Below, in pieces: positions 1 through 13,030 of a DNA stretch of 64,000 nt (its first letter is position 1; each line of letters starts with the position of its first letter). The stretch covers positions 1 to 64,000 of the forward strand of contig NMRA01000333.1 in NCBI GenBank assembly GCA_002633005.1, read 5' to 3'. A model generated the notes under the pieces. It was not told where the DNA came from, did no database searches, and saw only the letters and a program-made list of their open reading frames with translations. This stretch comes from Phoronis australis. Its lineage: Eukaryota > Animalia > Phoronida. The position numbers were made by a program, and so were the translations under genes.

Positions 1-299
1 CCTCTGTAGGTTTGAGGTTTGGTTGACTCATGCTGCAAATCAACTTTGCCTGGTTTCAATGAAACATTGTTTATAGCTATTTTTCTGTTGTCATCATTGT
101 AAACAAATGTTCATAATTGGTTTTTGAAGCATCAAAATTAACCCAAAATTACAACTTGTGCTAAAATCAATTCTAAGAGACCTCCAGCACAGTGTCCAAA
201 ACACATGGCTCATAAACACAAGAAGATTTTACCAGTGTAATAGGGCCGTCTCGGATTACACGGCAATAGAACTCTCCTTTGTCCCGGAGATGAGAAAGC

Positions 300-452
300 A
301 CGTGACCTAGTTTTGGAAATCGGGCACATTTTCGTGTCTCTCATTGATGTCGGGAAGGCGAAGAATCACATCCATGGAAATTTGTCCAGTTTATCAAACT
401 TTTTCACATCGAAGTTGCAGCCCACGGAACAGCAATAATACTTCAATGGCAT
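300..452 (-). pseudogene. Possible decayed THAP-domain N-terminus (transposon remnant)
   Basis: Minus strand from ATG at 452 reads MPLKYYCCSVGCNFDVKKFDKLDKFPWM*FFAFPT. This resembles the THAP start pattern M-x-C-x-V-x-GC...F-x-FP but has an in-frame stop, and no downstream C..HF was found. Confidence 0.3.
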
Positions 453-1323
453 TGGAAGGACGAATAGAATAATGCAACCGAGAAAAATTTGTAAAGAATC
501 AGACAACAAACAACATGCAAAACTCCAACTTGGCACGAGAACAAGGCAGCAAATGTACCTGACAAATGTTTACGGCACTGTGGGTAAATACAGCGAATTT
601 CGAGTGTCACTGGGAAATCCGGGACGGCCCTATCGATGTGGACTAAAGACAATCATTTGAGGCCACCCTTACGTAACCTGTCTGATCGTGACTCCTGTTT
701 TGTGAACACTTTGAGTTTTAATACTTCGCCTTATGATGTATTCAAGGACATTTTTGTGTCTTCCATGCAATTTACCCCAGTTGCCCATTCCATGTCACAG
801 ACGTGGCTAAAAACAACATCAAGAATGTTTCTGGGTGTTGCAACTTGCAGTGCGGCCTAGATTCAGGTGTTCCGCTTTTTTGTAATTGAACGTTGGCAAC
901 TATGGGTTGGTTATGAGATAGTTCCAGGGCTCGACATAACGAGCTGCAGGTCGCATTTGCGACCTGAAATTTGGAAATGCGAGCTGAGATTTTTGTCAGC
1001 TCGTATCAAGTCGCAAAATGCGACCTGGAATTTCCAACGAATGCGAGCTGAGTTTTTACCCTTCTCAACAGATACCTATCAAATACAAAGCAGCTCTTGT
1101 TAATCCGACCGTTATTTGGTCGCTGCCATATCCAAGTTCAAAACAACACTAAAGGGGACAGCCCTCCCGATGACTTGTAAGCAAGTCGCGTGAACATGGG
1201 ATATGCAGTATCGATCTTCGACGCGTATCATTGGCTAACACTTTCGGCCACTTTTGTAAATTCCCGGATTCGCCGAAGGAAGTTTCGGGCCACTGCTTAA
1301 CACGTGATAAAACTTCACAAAAC

Positions 1324-1620
1324 AAGCGATTAACTTACCAAACTTTGTGGTGGACAAAAATGTTTATTTTTCACATAAAATGTCCTTATTACATGTACCA
1401 AATATCCACGACAATATCCCTGATACCGCACTGCGGCACCGTTAGCGCGCAAGCAGTCCCGGCACACAATNCTTAAGCGATCAACTTACTAAACTTTGTG
1501 GTGGACAAAAATTTTATTTTTCACATAAGATGTCCTTATTACATGTACCAAATATCCACGACAATATCCCTGATATCGCACTGCGGCACCGTTAGCGCGC
1601 AAGCGGTCCCGGCACACAAT
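1324..1620. repeat. ~147-bp near-identical direct duplication centred on an N
   Basis: AAGCGAT.AACTTAC.AAACTTTGTGGTGGACAAAAA...CCCGGCACACAAT occurs at ~1324-1470 and ~1475-1620, separated by the N at 1471. Possibly a haplotype or assembly overlap. Confidence 0.8.
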
Positions 1621-3745
1621 CGTGACTTAGACTGAGATGTGCTTCTGCTTTTTATCATATTAAGACAGCCAAAGTGAAAATGACAACCTTATTAATCGCC
1701 AAACGACGGTCACGTCTTTACTTTCAGTTGCCAAGAAATTCTCAAACCCCTTACTTGTTTCTGGGGCTACGTGCGCGAAATATGATTTGTCTTTCACACG
1801 TTCGTTGCCAACGTAAAGTGTAGGCCTACTCCAGCGATTCAAGTGCGTGAACTCACGCGCGCGCACCACTTCAAAGAACAGCGACAGCCCTAAATGAAGA
1901 GTATACCGGCTTGGCTCTGGTTTATTTGAAAATAAACTCAGATTCCCAGCGGTTATAAAAGACCCGATGTACCGGGACCGATATAACCCCGAAAACTGAC
2001 GTTTTCCTGCTCCGATGTTTCCCGAGGTCGATGTTCTGTAAATCCTGTATTCTAAAACGTAAACCAGTATACGGTACAAGCGTTATCAAGCAACAGATAT
2101 CCAATACTAAGCCAATACTGTCATGTTTACAGGTTTTTTTCTGACATAACAAAGATGGGCGACAAAAAATCGCCATAAAAATGTACAAAATGGAGACTCA
2201 AAAATATACCACGGAGAGATGGGGCAAAACTTTACCAGTATAAAATACTACGAAAGTGGAGGGTCGGAGGCGGAAATCTAAGTTTTGAAGACTGACCAGA
2301 AACACAATTTGATCGTCTGAGTGCAGACAAGCTAATGAAGTTCAATGAACTTCCGGATGGAACAAAGGACTATTACGTAAAAGGGAGCTGTGAAGAAATA
2401 GATCACAGTGACGATATACACAGAGAAGAACAACTGTAGAATGATGGACGGAGGGAAATACTTTGTAATCAATACCTTTAATTCAAATTAAAAATTTCAT
2501 TTATCTAGGGTATTATGTGCATGTGCAACATAGAACAACATAAACATACAGTTTTTTGGTGCATTGTCGTTATTGCTATAAAAAGTGTCATAGACTGCTA
2601 ATTTAGAAAGCAGTTTCTGAACGTCGAACACCAGCATACAGCGAAAAGAACGTTACCCGTTTTAGAAACAAGTACATAAAATCCTATTCATTTGGATTGA
2701 GACCGTATACTTACGCGAAGTATCAAATTTGGATTAGCACTGGACTTTGCACAGAATGCTGATAAAAATATGTTGTTACCGGCATCTATTTAAAGAAAAG
2801 TAGTACGTGGGTAGTAATCCATTCATATTCACACAAAACGCATTAGCTCTTTGGATATGCCTTTGACGTTGTTTATGCAAGTGGCTATGGACTTTATCAG
2901 AAAAGCATTACTTGAGAAGTTATACATGAAACACCAGCATAAGGAACATCAAACGCAACCGTTATCAAAGAGAAATAACGTCGAGAGACTTTATACAAAG
3001 TGTGCACCACTGGCAATTATTTAGATTATATTTTAAAATGGACATATGTATAGCCAATTAATCACAGATTGGCGTTTTACAATGTATTTATTAATAACAG
3101 GATGTTCAACCTTTATTTTTCAGTGCTTTCTAATAATTATATTTTTACAAATCGTTTGCATCCAGTTCAAACATGCTCATGTTTTGAATCCGTCAGCATT
3201 TAGCGTTTCAACCTTCTTAGTTAAAACGGCACCACTCTGCCGAGGTCCTTTGATGATTTAGCTTGAAATGGAATTGCATCATCATTGACCTCGTGCAGAC
3301 ACGCTTGTTCGATATAAAATTCGTCCATTTCCGTTTAACGTTATCGTGTTCATACATTACTACATTTTTCGTTAAAGACACGGCTAGACTTTTTGCTAGC
3401 GAGCTTGATACTCGTACGTTCGTAATTTCATACCTGCACACCAGAAGAAAGGAGACTGTTCCGAAATTACGAACGTACCAGAACGTTGCAGTATAGGTGG
3501 CGCTGTGTCGGGGGTAACGCCAATCCATTATCACTGATTTATGTTTAGCAAGACGGTATCAACGGAAGTTTCGTTGCACGAATTAGTTCATAACGTCTAC
3601 AAAGTTCAAATATTTTTTGTCTATGTTCGTCACTTCGTGGATAACTGAATTTTAACACTGTTTTTGTACTCAAGTGCGACCAAAGATATTAGTAAAGAGA
3701 TTCGCGACTCCGTGATGTCTCGCGGCCTAACGCAAAAGTAGGTGA

Positions 3746-3772
3746 GCAGGATTCAAAACTTCCGGTCTCACG
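3746..3772 (+). promoter_or_regulatory. Left subterminal repeat with ETS-type core (ACTTCCGG); candidate promoter of the plus-strand gene or transposase-binding site
   Basis: GCAGGATTCAAAACTTCCGGTCTCACG, followed by a possible splice donor (GAAG|GTGAAC, ~3791). Inverted copy at 14658-14684. Confidence 0.45.
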
Positions 3773-5099
3773 GCTAAGCATAGTAACGAAGGTGAACTTT
3801 GGTTTTTATTTCGCGCACGTCAAGCAAATTTTTTGAGTTTGAAATTAATTTGTTGTGTTTAAGGCAAACTAAATCGCGTACATGTATGTGAGCCATTCAA
3901 ATCGGATTATTGCTAGGAAACGTGTCGGAATTAACTTGACAAGTTGTTGTTGATCGGCCCGCCTGCTGGCAGAGTTCAACACAGGAATCGAGGAGTTTGG
4001 CCCAATGAAAAGGTTGAGTTAATTGGATAATTCTTTTCATTTAGTTGAATTCTCAGTCGTTTACGATGACATTTAGTTTGAATTTTGTAATTTTATAGGA
4101 ATTTTGGTTACTACCTAAATGTAACTTGTTTTCTCATTTGTCACTACGTCTCCATTGTCAGTGCCTGCATAGCCTTAGGCCTACCGTAGCCCACGGAGCG
4201 TAGCCTAGCCCCAGCTATCCACTTGCTAATAGGGTTTTTCCTTCTGTGACGAAATTGACTTGACTTCATGTGGGCTACTATATGTCAATTGACTCCTCTC
4301 AAAAATGTCTGTGACATCTACTTATTTCTTTGTTTTTTCGTCACGCGTATTCACACAAATATTGAATTTTTCCACGATTTACAGGACAAGGTAAAGACAT
4401 GGCATCATGGAATGTTGATTTGGAGGCAATATTTATGCCATTAGTAAGTATATGTCATAATAAGCATAAATTACTGCTCAAGGTGATGCTGTTATTTTAA
4501 GCATCTGTACATTCTGAGGTGAACTAGCCCTGCTCTGGTTCTCTTGGAAAGGGACGCTCACCATTGATGACATTACCCTTGTTGAACATTTGAAAAACCA
4601 CTGGATTGCTTTAATTTTGGAAGCCACTCTAAGACTTATAAATACGCTATGCTGATGCTTAAGCTATTGAATGTCCTTTATGAATCTTCAAGCGAAATAA
4701 ATCAAGAAGAAATTGTACATTATCAAGATTGGTAGAGAAACTCTAATTTGGAACAAAGTATCAGGTGTTTTTGTATTTCTTTATCATAAATGTATAAAAA
4801 AACTTCATAAAACTGAATTTGATTACATATTTGTGTTGCCAGTCTTCACTTAAACAATTGTAAAGTGAGGCAGGAGAATCCCAGACCTCTGTTATTTACT
4901 CATTGGAACTGGGAAAATAAAAAATGAAACATTTATTTTGTGCTGTGCTGTCTTTCACTGTTATCAAAAGATTTGATGTCATTTCCCGAAAGAAATCTGT
5001 TGGTAACAAGCGTAAATTGCACTCTGACAAATTATTATATAGTAAAATTGGTGTTCTTTAACCTATAATAATGAACAGTGTACATGTTTCTACCACAAG

Positions 5100-5187
5100 T
5101 GAGGGCCCTCTTGGAAAGCAGTGCTATCACTGAAGAGGCCACCCTCATTTTAAATATCACAATAATAAATAAATAATAAATAAATAA
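5100..5187 (+). mobile_element. CR1/L2 LINE extreme 3' end
   Basis: GAGGGCCCTCTTGGAAAGCAGTG...CACCCTCATTTTAAATAT plus an (AATA)n tail, similar to the 3' ends at ~9135-9210 and ~45910-45985. Confidence 0.65.
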
Positions 5188-6366
5188 ACTGTGTCTCATT
5201 CAAGTAAAAATCGAAAAGACAGATATCCACGAGGTAATTTCTTTCCTGGATCATCACCGCATGGCCAGTCAAAAAGTCTTGAGAGTATTGCAAAATACAG
5301 GTGGCTTTGTTTATCTGTTTTGCTAACTCTACACAAAGCTCATGAAGGAACGAGATGCTGGCTTTCTCTAAGCAACTATACATTATATTTCTATCAGAGT
5401 ACATGTAAAATATCTGATAACCACTGAAAACCACTAAAACCGCAACTGACAGAACTTCTAATATCAAATTAAGTATTTCATTCTTTCCCTCATGTTTTCT
5501 AATTTACAGTGTTTTATTAGTATTTTGCATCCGTTGCTGTTTTTATTTCATGTTATTATATGATATTTTTTACATGTAAAATTATAAGAAACAATTTTAA
5601 ACTATATTCCCTTCATTGTTGCCTGAAATAGAAATAATTTAAACATTGCAATGTTCAAGTTTCATTACAAACACAGAATATTTGTTGGCACACTTCAAAG
5701 TCAAAAAAATGCTAAATAAAAATAACAGTGCTCACTCATCCTTTCACATTTTGGCTTCTTCATAGAAGAGTCCTGGGAGAAGATTTTATTTTCACAATCT
5801 CAGGTTGGATACAAAACTTTTAGATCCTCATTACCTTACAGCTATTCCATTTATCCCATACGCGTTGAATCTGTCGAGGGATATGTCAATGTCAACTTGA
5901 CGTCTTCAGCCGGTTCGATCATCAAACTTTCCGAATATAGTTTAAAGTAATACAGTTGCAGCAGTGTAACTAACACTCGACATGCAACCAGGCCCTAAAT
6001 GGAAAATCTGGAACAAAACTGTTAATTATATGATACTTATGTCTCAATTTTCAATTGCTGAATACTATATCATCTGCAACTCAGGCGTCGATTCCTAGGA
6101 AACTGCAATATCAAATGTTGTTTTTAACTATTTACAGGAGATGTTACAAGTTCAATGATCAGTTGCCGTTGTATTCATCCTTGCTACCTCTCTTCAAAAA
6201 ACAAATCGTTGCTTTTAAAACTGTTTCTTTTACAGGAGAAAACTTGCAACTTAACGCGGAAGTACATACATGTAGGATGTGATCCACCATGTGAAAAGTC
6301 TGGGTCAAGTATTAAAAAATCTGCCGAAAGAATGTAAGAAACTTAGGAATTCGAAACTTATGGGAT

Positions 6367-6506
6367 AAATACAAAACGTACCTCAATTGGCGTACATGAA
6401 GTAATATACCACTCGACCTTATTCCTTCGGTCTCCGTCGATACGTGGAATAATGTCTCGTGGACTATTACTTTATGTACGCCAGTCGAGGAACGTTTTGT
6501 GTATTT
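6367..6506. repeat. ~140-bp imperfect palindrome (hairpin or palindromic MITE) in an intron of the accessory gene
   Basis: AAATACAAAACGTACCTCAATTGGCGTACATGAAGTAATATACCACTCGACCTTATTCC pairs with GGAATAATGTCTCGTGGACTATTACTTTATGTACGCCAGTCGAGGAACGTTTTGTGTATTT. Confidence 0.8.
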
Positions 6507-8289
6507 ATTTGTGACATTTACATCCTATCCTTTTTATTTAGAGCACGTACAGAAATCTCTGAAGGAATTAGCCTCACATATTCAAAGATTAAGGTACAAA
6601 GATTTGTCCAAGGAAAGAAGTCTCAGCTCATTTCGCCCCGCACTCCCAACGTTCTCAATTCCGGTCTTTCACCTGATGTCTCTCGTTTGGCTGCCCAACT
6701 TCCATGTTAACTCGCTTGTTTCATAATGAGCCTCCTTCTAGTTCTATGCTTCACTCTTCTGTTACTGAAACGGATCAAGATATCCTTTGTTATGTGTTAG
6801 GCTCAGTTATAACTAAGTTAAGTAGCAAATGCGTTTGCAATCCAAATAATGTTTTAGTTCTTAACTCTTTGAAATTAGCTACATCAGAAAATGCACTTCC
6901 CCACAACAAGCTGACCTCTGTTAAGGACAGAGGGGATCTTGCGCATGTCACAACAGAAATTATGCTGTTTGTGAGTAAGGTTGAGGCATGTTTTAGAGAA
7001 TTTGTCCAGGAGCGAAAACTTGTCAATAAGGAGGGCTTTTTTGAATTTTGTTCACATCAGTTAGATGACTTGTTTTTAAGTTGTGTCTCACATTTGGGTG
7101 TAGAAATCGACACTGTTAAAGATGTTTTTGAAGACAGCGTCAAGCTGTTTTTCAAAATTCGCCTTCATCACAGAGCCAAGGTGTGTGTCAACAATCACAA
7201 ACAGAAAAGATTGAGGCAAAAACGCAACTCAACATATAATCATATATGTACACAACACGACAAGAAGTACTGACCAAATACCAAATTTTTAGAGGTTCTA
7301 ACTTTGTAAGGGATGTACACAATTTTATTTGTTGGTAGTTATGGCATTTAAGTTTGATCACAGTCAAGAATCATTTCCCTGCTGACATCTTGTGAAGAAA
7401 TAATAAAAACTGTTCACTTGTGAGTCAAAAATAAAGCTAATCATATCTGCGAACACACTATTAATCTAGTACTTTCTTTTCTTCATAGGGGGAGTTCGTG
7501 ATATTGCCACAAGTGGAGTTAACCCTCTTTGTGATGCCACGAGGATTTGTTAGATTGGCAGTTTCATGCTGCAGTCGTAGCTTGTTGTATTGGTAACTGA
7601 AACATGTCCATAAGTGATAAACCGTGTTACAAGTCTCATTATACCTAAAAATAAGAATTGCCTATAAAATAGTTTCAATAATTTTGTCTTTATGTGGCTG
7701 GGTAGGTAACACATTGTTTTGCACATTGTGGTTATTTTCTTAGGCCAGACTGATTTGGATACTTGGAGGAAATCTGCATGTAGGCTGCATTAGTCACTTT
7801 ACTTGACTTTACATAACAAGTCGATTTCACATTGAACTGATAAATTTGGTGTACACAATTATGTGACAGTATCCTCACCCGAATTCAATCAAGGATGGGT
7901 TGTCACTTCGCCTCCCAAGAGACCTGTGCTGCTCAAATCTCTCCTCAAGGGGATCTTGACACAGCCGGTTGGTGAATACTTTTTGTACACCCGTTCCTAG
8001 CAGGAACTTAGTGATACTGACGACAGAATTTACTGGAAAAAGATTTGAACATTGTTGTTGTAAGTACATAAGTAAAGTTCAACTGTTCTAAACCTGTCTT
8101 CCTTCAGAAGGTAACTTTTAACATAGGATAATGATCATTGCTTGTTCGTGCTCATGTTACCGTGATATAACGGTTTGGTTATTTGGGCTTGAAAAAATCG
8201 CTATAGCTTGAGACTTAGTGTCAAAAAAGTTAATGCAGCTGTTCACTCACTTTGTCGATTAGGTTCTCAAATCGTTAAATCGCTCCTCA

Positions 8290-9210
8290 TCTTAGAAAAC
8301 AAAAGGCAGAACCTCATCTGAAATCCAGGTGAATCTCAACTTAGCTATCATTTCAGATTGGCTTGTATCCAATAAATTATCCTTAACTGAAAACCCTTTT
8401 TAATGCTATCATTCTACCTCACCTAGATTACTGCCTCCCGGTGTGGGGCGTTGCATCAGGCAAGGATGTGAAAACCATCCAGGTTATCCAAAATAGGGCT
8501 GCCCGGATTATACAATGAAACTGGTGTTAGAGATATTAACATTGGAAACCTTCATAAAGAGACTAGAATAATGAAAATTCACACAAGACACCAATTCCTA
8601 TCTGCATGTTGTATGTACAAATGTTCTAAAGGTCTCGTTTCAACATACATATATTCTAAGTTTAAGATGACTACTAATCTCTACAATACTAGGTCCTCCT
8701 CATCATCAAATTTCAATATTCCTAAAGGCAGAAACGAAACTGGGAAAAGTCGTTTTCCTACAGCAGGCCCTATTTATGGAACACTATCCCTGCAGATGCC
8801 AAACCTACATCATCCTTTATAACCTTTAAAGGAATTATAATAAATAGATTTAACTTCATCTAGTGTGTAAGAGTGCACGTGTATACATGCGTGTATATTT
8901 ATATGTCTCACTTTTATTAATTATTTATTGTATGTTTTTAATTATTTATATTTATATTGTAGTTCATTATCTTGTCTTAATTTCTTTATCTTCTGTTTAT
9001 CATATTTTATTTTATTTTTTATTTTGTTTCATCAGTCTTACCCTGTTATTTTCTTACAATTTGATTATTATTTAAATATTGTATTTCATTTTGTAATTCT
9101 GTTTTTGTCTTACTATCTATTTGTTTTTACTTTAGGGCCCCCATGGAAAGCAGTGTGAACTGATGGGGCTACCCTCATTGTAAATATTGCATTAATAAAT
9201 AAATAAATTA
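8290..9210 (+). mobile_element. CR1/L2 LINE 3' fragment inserted in a transposase intron
   Basis: Encodes RT-region remnants LAIISDWLVSNKLSL and LFNAIILPHLDYCLPVWG...IQVIQNRAARII, followed by an AT-rich 3'UTR, GGGCCCCATGGAAAGCAGTG motif and (AATA)n tail. A close relative lies at 45163-45985. Confidence 0.85.
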
Positions 9211-12200
9211 ATAAATCATTTTTATTTTTACAACCATTCGGCAAAATCAAGTTGTTTACTGACTTACGGCAGGTTAATAGCAACTTATGTTAGTAAACAA
9301 AGTAATTTGTTTTTGGTAACAGTGTCATCTTGACAGTGACGCAATTGTAATTGTTCAGTTACTTTCATTCCTGTCTTTCATCAACAGTGCTATGAGGTAT
9401 AGCTGTCTAAAAAAGCATGCGAGTCCTTACTTGTAGTTACCAACCCCTTGTATGTCTGTTTGGACAGAAACATGCGCGCTTTTTTCCGTCTTACTAAAGC
9501 CCTGTCTTCCCTCTACCCTTCTTTTCCAATCGTCCAGCCACCCCAGAAATTCGACTTGAAGAAACTGAAGGAAAAAGAATGAGATGCATTTCACAACAGA
9601 CAAACGTTGGTCTTTGCTATACAATTGAAAATTCTATCACATCCGACACGTTTGCTTTGCTCCCATTTTGAACAGTGTAGTGTGTCTCCACTCAGGCTTA
9701 TTTTGCCTTATCGTCTTATTTTTAATCGGAATCAGTTTGGTTTTAAGTGAACTATTGGGCATACCTCAAACCGAGAGTCGTCAAGACTGGTGTATGGTAA
9801 TAGATCTGGTTTTCGCTTTCTGAGGTCTTCTCCAACGGAACGAACATTGAGGCAGTCGAACTCACGATCAAACATTCGCAAATACTTTGAAGTCTCGCTG
9901 GCTTCTGGTCCGACATAAGCCTCCATGACGGTCGCCACGGAATCGCTTATTGCTTAGAAAAATAAATCGTATTAGCTATGAAACATTTGCTAGTTTTCTT
10001 AAAGCCTGTGGTAGTGCGTTACCCTCTAATAGTGTATGTGTGTAATCCCCGGACTGAACTTCGAAATCAATGCTGCTGTACAATGTACATGCAATTAAAC
10101 TGTAAGTAAAAGATTTAATGCATAAAACAAACATAAACTTTGAGGTTATTGACTAATACCCACCTCAGCCGCTAAAGGCACCCTCATCATTGTGTATGAA
10201 GTTAGTTCCACGTGAGCCAAGGTGAGTTTGGTGCGCTTGAGTTCCTGTTGCTGGTCCAGCCTGTACACAGACTTAGCGTGATCCCACAACATGGGCTTCT
10301 CATTCTGCAAAAATAAACTCTGAATGGAATTGGAATTTTTATCACTTGAGGGTGTATAGTCATACAGCCGGTTAGATTCATAATAAGCACTCCATTTAAC
10401 AAAGACGTGACTTCAGGCCAGACCCACAGTTGAATAGATTGTTACGACCAGTTTTCAAGTGGTGGGGGCATCGCTTACGGGACGAAGGGGTATTCCTTCA
10501 TCAGAATGCGGGTTCGTGCTATTCTGGGTTATCTCTGTGAACTTCATATTGGGTCCCGGTTTTGTCAGACGTGCTCGTTATAACCTATGGTTTCAACATA
10601 GAATTAGCTACGTTGACAAAGTAAATCACACATTTTAATTTTGAAAATTTAAAACACGTTTGCGTGTGTGTGTGAATTTTGTCAAAAACCGTATGCCAGG
10701 AATGCTCTTTGATAAAGCTGTTTCGGGTTAAGTTTATTTTGAAATTTGTTATGTACATGTATTTTTTTCAATTCAAATTCCAATTCAAATGTAACAACAG
10801 CTGATCCATGTTTCTACTTTTACTTCGACTTTTCACATTAGTATAAGTTGTGTTTTAATGTTACCTTTAGTCCGCACTTCTTCTCTAGCAGGAAGATACC
10901 TTTCCACAATAGCGTATATATCTCCGACGCCTTCGCACCCATTGTAACCCAACAGGAACTTCAAGGGTTTCTCAGATGTCGAACCAACCACAAAAAACCA
11001 AGAACGTGAGTGGCAACTTTGCTACTGTTGAGGGCATACACCACAATCTCACCAGTCCTCTCATTGTAGACCTGTTCAGATAATCAATCAGGTAACACGC
11101 AACCTATGCTTTTCAGTCGGCCATTGAAAACAATAGAAACTCCCATACTGCAAATTAACCAACAAAGGACAATCGTTGTTTGCATAAGTTCACATATACA
11201 TTCAACACTTGGGCAACATAACAGAGTCCCTGTTTACAACCGTTGTTTCATACAACTGGCTAGAAGCCTAATAGCATGCAGGGGAATACAGAAATGTGAT
11301 TAATAGACAAATACAGTGCAGTGATCTGATGTTTTTGCCCATTGGTCTGAATGCTTTATATAGCCTTACTCTTCCTTAGGCATAACGATATTTCATTGCA
11401 TACTTGTTGCGCATCATTTTGTTAGCAGTTGCTCTGTTACAGCTATAAGGTGTTACATTGTAATTTGATAACAACATAAACAAACGAAGTCTTATCTACC
11501 AACTTACCAAGTCTTCTCTAATCTTCATCTCGTCGTGAAGAAGAACGACGTATCGCTCTTTCTCTGTGAATTTCTTCACAATACCCTTCAGTTCTTCGAT
11601 AACCTTTTAAAATGCCGAATTACTACATGTGACTGCGCAGTTCATGAGGTTGAGATAAAGAAATATTGACTCAATATTCCTATAATTCTTCATGTGTAAA
11701 GAAACCCAGAAATGTAAAACAAAACTCTACCTCAACCTGAAACCCTTGGGTGGGGCATATTTAATCGGAGTAATCGCGCAACGTCGATTCCCCCAGGTAG
11801 CTCCAGCACACTAATCTCTCTCAAAGTCCTGTAAACGTGAAGGCTTTGGCTGTGCAACAGTATAGCTACACGCATCATGGTTGGGTGCCACCTATTGAAA
11901 AATGAATTTCTTATTAATGCTTTGTAAATGTTATGAGTTAGTTCAAATTACAGTAATGAAAGTTTGAAAGAGTATTTCCTGCCTATTTATGACCGGCAGT
12001 TGGAAATCTTGAAATATGATACATGTCAATGTGTTTATTAGTGTTTATTAAGAAGGAATTGTTTTACTACATTATGCAATGGTTATAAAATTTTTACTTG
12101 CTAAAAAAACTTGTTTTATAGTATGCATCTGAATTAAATAGTAATAAGCAAAGTAATGACCCTTTGAATTTCACGATTAATTTACATTTCATAATGGAAG

Positions 12201-12266
12201 TAGGTATATGATGCTGTAGCATGTTATACGTGCCTATGGCCATGGTTTTGCCGAGTGAAATTCTTT

Positions 12267-12387
12267 TTTGTTGTTCCCAAAACAGCTTCAGTAGCTGAGG
12301 ATTGCTTTGTTGTTCCCAAAACAGCTTCACTAGCTGAGGATTGCTTTGTTGTTCCCAAAACAGCTTCACTAGCTGAGGATTGCTTTG
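12267..12387 (-). repeat. 39-bp x3 in-frame tandem repeat in a transposase exon
   Basis: TTTGTTGTTCCCAAAACAGCTTCACTAGCTGAGGATTGC x3, encoding (QSNPQLVKLFWEQ)x3. Confidence 0.95.
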
Positions 12388-12797
12388 CGTCTCCATAACA
12401 GCTGACAGTGGCTTATGGAACTCTTCTGTGATCTGTTCTGAATTTTTTTCTAATTTATTTCGAAGTTGTCTGCAGCTTTGTCGTTCGACTTTCAAGGCGT
12501 TTATCACATTCTCCCTTTGTTTTAATGCTTACTTGTGGTTTGGAAACAAGACTCCTCAAAGTGTGGTGAACATATTGTAGCATTTCCTCGGTTAAACGAT
12601 GTATCAGACCTGTTGATCGTTTTGATCAAATCTTTTTCCCATTGTTGGTTATGTCTAGTTATTTTGAAGAATGTCAATCCTCCATTAGACTTCTTGTTGG
12701 TTGTGCATCCTACGACAGCGCAGTTTGTTGGCATATGGTATACATGTACTCCCTGAAGACAAAGAGAGAAATGGACATAAAGTCAAATGAGCATCAT

Positions 12798-13030
12798 CAG
12801 TGGCAGATATACATTTTCAGTAAGGGGCCGGGGGGGGTTAGGATTCGAGCGAATCTGAGGCGCGTATCGCCGAGCGGAGGGAAGGTCGGAAGGGTTTTTG
12901 CCCCCTGCCGTGTAAGATTTGTTGCGGTTTTCAGTAGCTTATTTCGTTTTTCTGGAGACAATTTTTTTCAACTTTTATATTTGATCCTCTCCCGAGGGGG
13001 GGTATGAACCCCCATGTAGATCCGCCTCTG
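12798..13030. mobile_element. Small MITE with CAGTGGC.GAT / GATCCGCC.CTG termini (hAT-like)
   Basis: Starts CAGTGGCAGATAT and ends GTAGATCCGCCTCTG. Similar ends at ~13285-13294 and ~50760. No clear TSD. Confidence 0.5.

Larger units (their letters stand above)
4399..7273 (+). pseudogene. Second (accessory) gene of the P element; last exon encodes a P-transposase C-terminal-like domain
   Basis: ORF 6704-7273 reads DILCYVLGSVITKL..C.C...KLTSVKDRGDLAHV...VEACFR...VKLFFKIRLHHRAK, matching the YxxGxVxxKL...KxRGGL...ExxFR...FxxIRxH pattern of P/THAP9 C-termini. Candidate upstream exons (~4385-4443, ~4502-4764, ~5200-5400, ~6138-6261, from 6542) carry stops and frameshifts. AATAAA at 7402 and 7430. 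The upstream exon structure is tentative. Confidence 0.6.
7461..12734 (-). pseudogene. THAP-domain P-element transposase (multi-exon, frameshifted)
   Basis: THAP C2CH at 12734-12535 (MPTNCAVVGC...FFKI...W...ICSPHF); coiled coil ~12500-12245; RWHPTMMR...LPGESTLRDY ~11890-11740; LLHDEMKIREDL (first catalytic D) ~11600-11510; VATHVLGF...LWKGIFLLE ~11075-10865; VITSTSDK (second D) and SDAPHHLKTGRN ~10585-10165; FDREFDCLNVRS ~9950-9766; FLGWLDDW...MFLSKQTYKGL ~9565-9431; RLCQDPLEERF...DNPS (catalytic E) 8032-7879; final exon 7596-7461. GT-AG boundaries are visible, with several frameshifts and stops. Confidence 0.9.

Noticed and set aside
1324-1620. Biological tandem duplication
   Set aside because: The junction coincides with an N, so a contig or haplotype overlap is more likely.
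2589-2600. CATAGACTG as the left end of the P element
   Set aside because: There is no matching TSD. The end at 3681 has the GTGCGAC duplication and the mirrored subterminal motif.
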